This document shows, in pieces, positions 59,172 to 64,000 of a stretch of 64,000 nucleotides of DNA. The position numbers were made by a program, and so were the translations under genes. The notes below the pieces were generated by a model. That model ran no database searches and had not been told where the DNA came from. It saw only the letters and a program-made list of their open reading frames with translations. The stretch comes from Gammaproteobacteria bacterium. Lineage in GTDB: Bacteria > Pseudomonadota > Gammaproteobacteria > Eutrophobiales > Eutrophobiaceae. The stretch covers positions 352,001 to 416,000 of the forward strand of contig CBDCDS010000003.1 in assembly GCA_965215365.1 (NCBI GenBank), given 5' to 3'. Position 1 is the stretch's first letter. Each line of letters opens with the position of its first letter.

Positions 59172-59818
59172 ATGTCCTGCCCACTGTTTACTTCATGCTG
59201 GTGTTCAGCCTGCTATCGCTGGGACTGAGTTTCCGCATCGAAGAACGCGCCCGTTCGTTAGTCCCGGATCGGGTGCAGAACGCCATCGTGCAACTGGCCC
59301 TGGCGCAACATCGCTACATCTCCGACCCGGACAACCCCGCGTCCGGCAGCTATGCTGGCGATCTTGCCACGTTACGCGACTACCTGCCGATCTGGGAAGC
59401 CGACCCGGGCTTTGCCGCGCCGGTGTTCGCGTTTCCCGCAAGCGGCGGCTTTACCATCCGCTACCGTGCCGCCGACAACGCCGAAGCCGGACGCATTGCC
59501 GCGCGCCTAGGCGCGGTGGCGCAGGTCAACGCCAACACGGTCACCGTCGGCTTCGCCGACCCCACCGATCTAGCCTTGCTGGATACCTTTATCAGCCGGG
59601 ATGATGCCGAAGACGAATTCGTCAAACGAGCCGGGGACCGGATGAGCGGCACCTTGAGTTTCAACAGCAGTATTGGCGCCGCCATCGACCTGAACCAGAA
59701 TACCCTGACCGATGTATTACGCCTGAGCGCGCGCAACCCCGGCGCGACCGGCACGGTGGAAGCAGACATCATCATCGGCACCACCGCCACCTTCAACGAC
59801 ATCCTCATCAACCCCTGA
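59168..59818 (+). CDS. Minor pilin-like protein with PilV/tail-fibre-like C-terminal segment
   Basis: N-terminal TM; LALAQHRY helix; FVKRAGDRMSGTL...AIDLNQNTLTDV. Confidence 0.5.
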   Translation: MNVLPTVYFMLVFSLLSLGLSFRIEERARSLVPDRVQNAIVQLALAQHRYISDPDNPASGSYAGDLATLRDYLPIWEADPGFAAPVFAFPASGGFTIRYRAADNAEAGRIAARLGAVAQVNANTVTVGFADPTDLALLDTFISRDDAEDEFVKRAGDRMSGTLSFNSSIGAAIDLNQNTLTDVLRLSARNPGATGTVEADIIIGTTATFNDILINP

Positions 59819-59843
59819 TCGCTCAACAAGAAGGAATTTGAAC

Positions 59844-61475
59844 ATGAAATGTCCAGGCAAATTATTCACTCTCAGCAAACTGCTGCTGCTCGCCATTTTG
59901 CTCTGCCAGCCGGCCGGCGCGCAGACTATCAGCGACACTGACAAGCGCATCAATGCGCATGGCGACTATGGCTATTGGCAGGCCGGCCAGCCGGACGTCA
60001 TGATCCTGTGGCCGCAGGACCGGCAGAATATCGTTAAACGTTTTAGCGGCAACGCGCAACACCCCTACCCGTACCGCTTGTGGGTGGACCCCGGCCGCGC
60101 CGGCGGCTTCCCGGTGGTGTTAAAAAACGCATCGACGTTCAATAACTTTCTGCAACACATCAAGGCCAACGCCGACAAGAACTGGTGCCAGCTCGCGGAA
60201 ACCTGGAGCCACTGGCAGGGCAACCCGCCCAGCACTTGTGGCACTCACAGGTATGGCCAACGACGTACCTGCACCGTCGCCGCCAATGCGACAAAACCCT
60301 GCCCCGAACTGTGCCGACCCGCAGTGCAGACCCGCACTCGCAGCGTCGATAACGGCGCCTGCGCGCCGCCACCGCCGCCACCGCCGCCACCGCCGCCATC
60401 AACGCCGCCACCGCCGCCGGTGAAAAAATGCTCGACCAGCGCCTGGACGCCAAGCGCTGCCAGCGTCTGCGCCGGCAACAGCTTCACCCAGACCCGCACC
60501 CGGGCCGATTGCAGTACCGAACGGCGTGCCGCGAGCGGGAGTCAATCCTGTCCCCGCACCTGCACGGTCACAGCCTGGACACCCGGTCGGGATAGCGCCT
60601 GCAGCAGGGATAGTCTGACCCAGACCCGTACCCTTAGCGATTGCAGCACTGGCAGGCGCACAATCAATGGCACGCGCTCCTGTCCGTCCGGTTGCAGGGT
60701 CACGGCCTGGACGCCTGCCGCCAACACGGTATGCAGTGGCCAGTCATTGACCCAGACCCGCACTCTGAGTAACTGCGCCGGCGATAGCCGCGGCGCCACC
60801 GGTACCAAACACTGCCCGCCAAGTTGCCGCGCCAGTTCCTGGAGTCCGGCAACCAGTACGGTTTGCCGCGGCACGCCGTTTACCCAGACCCGTAAGCTGA
60901 GTGATTGCAGCAGCGCCAGCCGTAGCGCCAGCGGCAGCAAATCCTGTCCCAGAACCTGTGCGGCGAGCGGGTGGCAACCCTCTGCCAGTACCGTCTGCTC
61001 GGGGAGCAGCTTCACCCAGACCCGCACTCTGGAAAACTGTAATACGGCCAGTCGTAGCGCCAGCGGCGCCAAGTGCTGCGGCACAGCGACGACCTGGAGC
61101 CCTACGCCGGCCGGTCAGTGCGGCAGTTTCACCCAGTCCCGCACCAATGCCTGCGGCAAGACCGAGACGCGGGCGGCAAAAGGGACCGCTTCCTGGTGCG
61201 GGTGCACCTGGAGCCCTTATACCCCGGCCACCGGTACGGTGTGTACCGGCCGACCATTTACGCAAGTCAGTTTTTACTCCTGTAACGGCAGGAATAGCCA
61301 GTCGCAGACGCGCGCGGCTACGGGAACGAAGCGTTGTCAGAGCAGTTGTCCTGCAGGTAGCGGCTGGGGGGAATGGGCCATGGGAGTGTACTGTTGTAGA
61401 AGATATAACTCCGGAGGCGGTATATTATCATCATGGAGTTGTGTACCAGGAACCTCCACACTGCTTCATCCCTGA
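59844..61475 (+). CDS. Secreted Cys-rich repeat protein with thrombospondin type-1-like motifs
   Basis: AAGGA RBS; signal peptide PAGA-QT; WSHW...TCG...QRRTC; poly-Pro linker; seven ~44-aa C-x4-W(T/S)P-x5-C...FTQTR...C repeats. Confidence 0.75.
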   Translation: MKCPGKLFTLSKLLLLAILLCQPAGAQTISDTDKRINAHGDYGYWQAGQPDVMILWPQDRQNIVKRFSGNAQHPYPYRLWVDPGRAGGFPVVLKNASTFNNFLQHIKANADKNWCQLAETWSHWQGNPPSTCGTHRYGQRRTCTVAANATKPCPELCRPAVQTRTRSVDNGACAPPPPPPPPPPPSTPPPPPVKKCSTSAWTPSAASVCAGNSFTQTRTRADCSTERRAASGSQSCPRTCTVTAWTPGRDSACSRDSLTQTRTLSDCSTGRRTINGTRSCPSGCRVTAWTPAANTVCSGQSLTQTRTLSNCAGDSRGATGTKHCPPSCRASSWSPATSTVCRGTPFTQTRKLSDCSSASRSASGSKSCPRTCAASGWQPSASTVCSGSSFTQTRTLENCNTASRSASGAKCCGTATTWSPTPAGQCGSFTQSRTNACGKTETRAAKGTASWCGCTWSPYTPATGTVCTGRPFTQVSFYSCNGRNSQSQTRAATGTKRCQSSCPAGSGWGEWAMGVYCCRRYNSGGGILSSWSCVPGTSTLLHP

Positions 61476-61709
61476 CAATTCATGAACAGGGTCGTAACCT
61501 CACGGGAACCTCAAAATGGCAGCACACCCACAATGCTGCACAAGCGCCTCTAGGGGGCGCCTTTATGTGTAACTGTAAACGCGGTAAAGAATCATACCCG
61601 TTCTGCGGGGTGATCGTGTCCTTCGCGGACATGTCACAGCAACCGACCCGAGGGCTGCAATACGCCCTTGGGCGTATTCCCCTTGTGGTCCAACCACAGG
61701 AGAAATGCG

Positions 61710-62003
61710 ATGAAAATCAAGCTGAAATATCTGGTGATTGTTTTTTTGCTCCTTATCGTCGGCAGTCACGCCGTTGCCAGCCCTTATCTGGCCGAGGCAC
61801 GCGACGTGATGCTCAAGTGCGCCCTGTCGGACGTAAAGCCACAGGTCGTCTATCGTGCCTACGAGGTGACCGGCAATACCAAGCGCAGGAGCAGCAAAGT
61901 GGATAAGGACGAAAGCCTCGAAGACGCTTTGGTACGCAGCAACCTTGGCTGCATTATCAAAACGATCGACACGATGCTGACGTACAAAAAACTGACCCAG
62001 TAG
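61710..62003 (+). CDS. Small secreted hypothetical protein
   Basis: AGGAG RBS; signal peptide MKIKLKYLVIVFLLLIVGSHAVA; two Cys; followed by a terminator. Confidence 0.65.
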   Translation: MKIKLKYLVIVFLLLIVGSHAVASPYLAEARDVMLKCALSDVKPQVVYRAYEVTGNTKRRSSKVDKDESLEDALVRSNLGCIIKTIDTMLTYKKLTQ

Positions 62004-62025
62004 CCTGCATTCGGTCTGCTGCACC

Positions 62026-62058
62026 GAAAAGCCGATCTCCGGATCGGCTTTTCTTTTT
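62026..62058 (+). terminator. Rho-independent terminator
   Basis: GAAAAGCCGATC-TCCG-GATCGGCTTTTC stem-loop followed by a T-run. Confidence 0.88.
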
Positions 62059-62148
62059 CCAATACTAGGCGCCTCCCCAGGATTGGCTAATTGAACGTTT
62101 TCGATGTATCCTTGTCGGCCTTATGTTGTTCCTGCCCAGAGTAAACCC

Positions 62149-62898
62149 ATGAAAATACTGGTGCCGATAAAACGCGTGGTGGACTATAACGTCCGCATCC
62201 GGGTGAAAAAAGACGGCAGCGGCGTGGAAACGGCCAATGTGAAGATGTCCATGAACCCGTTCTGCGAAATTGCTGTGGAAGAGGCGGTGCGGATCGTGGA
62301 AGCCGGCCACGCGCATGAGATTGTAGTCGTCACCATTGGTGCCCGCCCGTGTCAGGAGACCCTGCGCACCGCCCTAGCGATGGGCGCCGACCGCGCCATA
62401 TTGGTCGAAACAAACGTGATGGTGCAACCCCTGGCAGTTGCCAAGCTGCTGCAAGCCATCGCGCAACGGCAACAACCGGGCCTCATCATCACCGGCAAAC
62501 AGGCGATTGACGATGACAACAACCAGACCGGGCAGATGCTGTCGGCCCTGCTGGGCTGGCCGCAGGGCACGTTTGCATCCAATATCGAGTTTACCGACGG
62601 CGGCCTCCGGGTCGCCCGTGAGGTGGATGACGGTCTGGAAACGGTAGCGCTGAAACTGCCCGCAGTCGTCACCACCGACCTGCGCCTGAATGAGCCCCGA
62701 TACGTGAAACTGCCGAACATTATGAAAGCTAAGAAAAAGCCGCTTGACGTGCTCACGCCAGGGGAATTGGGCATAGACGTGACCCCAAGTATCGAAGTGC
62801 TCAAGGTGACCGACCCGCCCGCCCGCGCCGCCGGCGTGCGAGTGGCTGACGTAGCGGAACTGATCGATAAACTGCGTAATGAAGCAAAGGTGATCTGA
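62149..62898 (+). CDS. etfB: Electron transfer flavoprotein beta subunit
   Basis: [49 protein letters not shown]. Confidence 0.97.
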   Translation: MKILVPIKRVVDYNVRIRVKKDGSGVETANVKMSMNPFCEIAVEEAVRIVEAGHAHEIVVVTIGARPCQETLRTALAMGADRAILVETNVMVQPLAVAKLLQAIAQRQQPGLIITGKQAIDDDNNQTGQMLSALLGWPQGTFASNIEFTDGGLRVAREVDDGLETVALKLPAVVTTDLRLNEPRYVKLPNIMKAKKKPLDVLTPGELGIDVTPSIEVLKVTDPPARAAGVRVADVAELIDKLRNEAKVI

Positions 62899-62899
62899 G

Positions 62900-63844
62900 A
62901 TGAGCATTCTGGTTATAGCGGAACACGATAATCACTCGATCAAGGCAGCCACGCTGAACACCCTGGGCGCGGCCGCACAGCTGGGCGCAGAGATAACACT
63001 GCTGGTGGCCGGTAGCGATTGCCGGGCGGCGGCTGATGCCGGCGCGCGTCTTGCCGGGGTCAGCCGGGTGCTGCATGCCGACGCGCCGCATTATGAACAT
63101 GGTCTGGCGGAGGAGCTGGCGCCGTTGGTAGCGGCCTGCTGTGGTGGCATGACCCACGCGCTGGCGCCGGCGGACACCTTCGGCAAGAACCTGATGCCGC
63201 GGGTGGCGGCGCTGCTTGACGTAGGCATGGTGGCGGACATTGTCGGCATTGAAACCGCCGATACCTTCGTGCGCCCCATTTATGCCGGCAATGCCCTGGC
63301 CACGGTGAAGAGTCATGACGCGCTCAAGGTCATTACCGTGCGCGCCACCAATTTTGACGCAGTAGCGGCTGAGGGTGGCGCGGCCGCAGTTGCGGCTGCC
63401 GACAACCTGCCGGAGCCGGTCGGGCAGTCCGGCTTCGTCAGCCTGGACAGTCCTGAATCGGAACGACCCGAACTGACCAGCGCCAAGGTCATCGTGTCCG
63501 GCGGGCGCGGTTTTGGCAGCGGTGAGAATTTCCGTTTGCTGGAAGAGGTGGCCGACAAACTGGGCGCCGCCATCGGCGCGTCCCGCGCCGCAGTCGACTC
63601 GGGCTATGTGTCGAATGATTATCAGGTGGGGCAGACCGGCAAGGTCGTGGCGCCCGACCTGTATCTGGCGGTTGGTATCTCCGGCGCGATACAGCATCTG
63701 GCCGGCATGAAAGAGAGCAAGGTGATCGTCGCCATCAATAAAGATGAGGAAGCGCCCATCTTCGAGGTCGCGGATTACGGTTTGGTCGCAGACCTATTCC
63801 AGGCCCTGCCGGAACTCTCCGCGGCGCTGGACAAGCCGGAATAG
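62900..63844 (+). CDS. etfA: Electron transfer flavoprotein alpha subunit
   Basis: [45 protein letters not shown]. Confidence 0.97.
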   Translation: MSILVIAEHDNHSIKAATLNTLGAAAQLGAEITLLVAGSDCRAAADAGARLAGVSRVLHADAPHYEHGLAEELAPLVAACCGGMTHALAPADTFGKNLMPRVAALLDVGMVADIVGIETADTFVRPIYAGNALATVKSHDALKVITVRATNFDAVAAEGGAAAVAAADNLPEPVGQSGFVSLDSPESERPELTSAKVIVSGGRGFGSGENFRLLEEVADKLGAAIGASRAAVDSGYVSNDYQVGQTGKVVAPDLYLAVGISGAIQHLAGMKESKVIVAINKDEEAPIFEVADYGLVADLFQALPELSAALDKPE

Positions 63845-63885
63845 CCGCCCCTGAAAACAACTATGGCCCGGCGTCCGGGACCGCA

Positions 63886-64000
63886 ATGGAACGTCAACAC
63901 CATCCCTATCGGGCCACGGCCTTCATGCTCATGGCGACAGTATTCTTCTGCCTGTCCGACGCGCTGGGCAAGTGGTTGACGGCAATTTACCCGGTGGTGC
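63886..64000 (+). CDS. DMT/EamA-family transporter (3' partial)
   Basis: MERQHHPYRATAFMLMATVFFCLSDALGKWLTAIYPVV runs off the window; typical EamA first helix with D-xxx-K. Confidence 0.6.
   Translation, partial: MERQHHPYRATAFMLMATVFFCLSDALGKWLTAIYPVV

Noticed and set aside
59168-62003. Shufflon after the pilV-like genes
   Set aside because: No inverted sfx-like repeats, alternative C-terminal cassettes or tyrosine recombinase were seen.
34018-62148. Intact ICE or prophage with att sites
   Set aside because: No integrase, tRNA, phage structural genes or matching terminal direct repeats were found by eye.

Overview
GC-rich gammaproteobacterial-type chromosome window. From left to right it holds: (i) the end of a DUF4143 AAA+ ATPase gene and a TolC / PAS-fused adaptor / MacB-type ABC exporter operon; (ii) an IS1634-family element with a ~175-bp target duplication; (iii) a complete dcw cluster on the minus strand (mraZ to lpxC, plus a DUF721/DciA-like gene and an M23 peptidase); (iv) a small accessory patch (RidA, a second DUF4143 ATPase, gene stubs, isochorismatase, a BrnT/BrnA-type toxin-antitoxin pair), then tadA and pncC; (v) a ~28-kb surface-structure block between pncC and etfBA. 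That block contains repeat-rich coiled-coil genes, a giant FN3/Calx-beta autotransporter-like adhesin preceded by a (GACCGCA)12 tract, and an RTX-like protein. It ends in one tightly coupled run of genes joining a reduced VirB4/5/6/8/9/10 type IV secretion core to a type IVb pilus set with leaderless pilins and a Cys-rich thrombospondin-like secreted protein. No relaxase, coupling protein, VirB2/3/11, prepilin peptidase or integrase is visible in the window. This T4SS/T4bP operon is the best candidate for an undescribed system. All family calls come from reading motifs by eye; no database searches were run.
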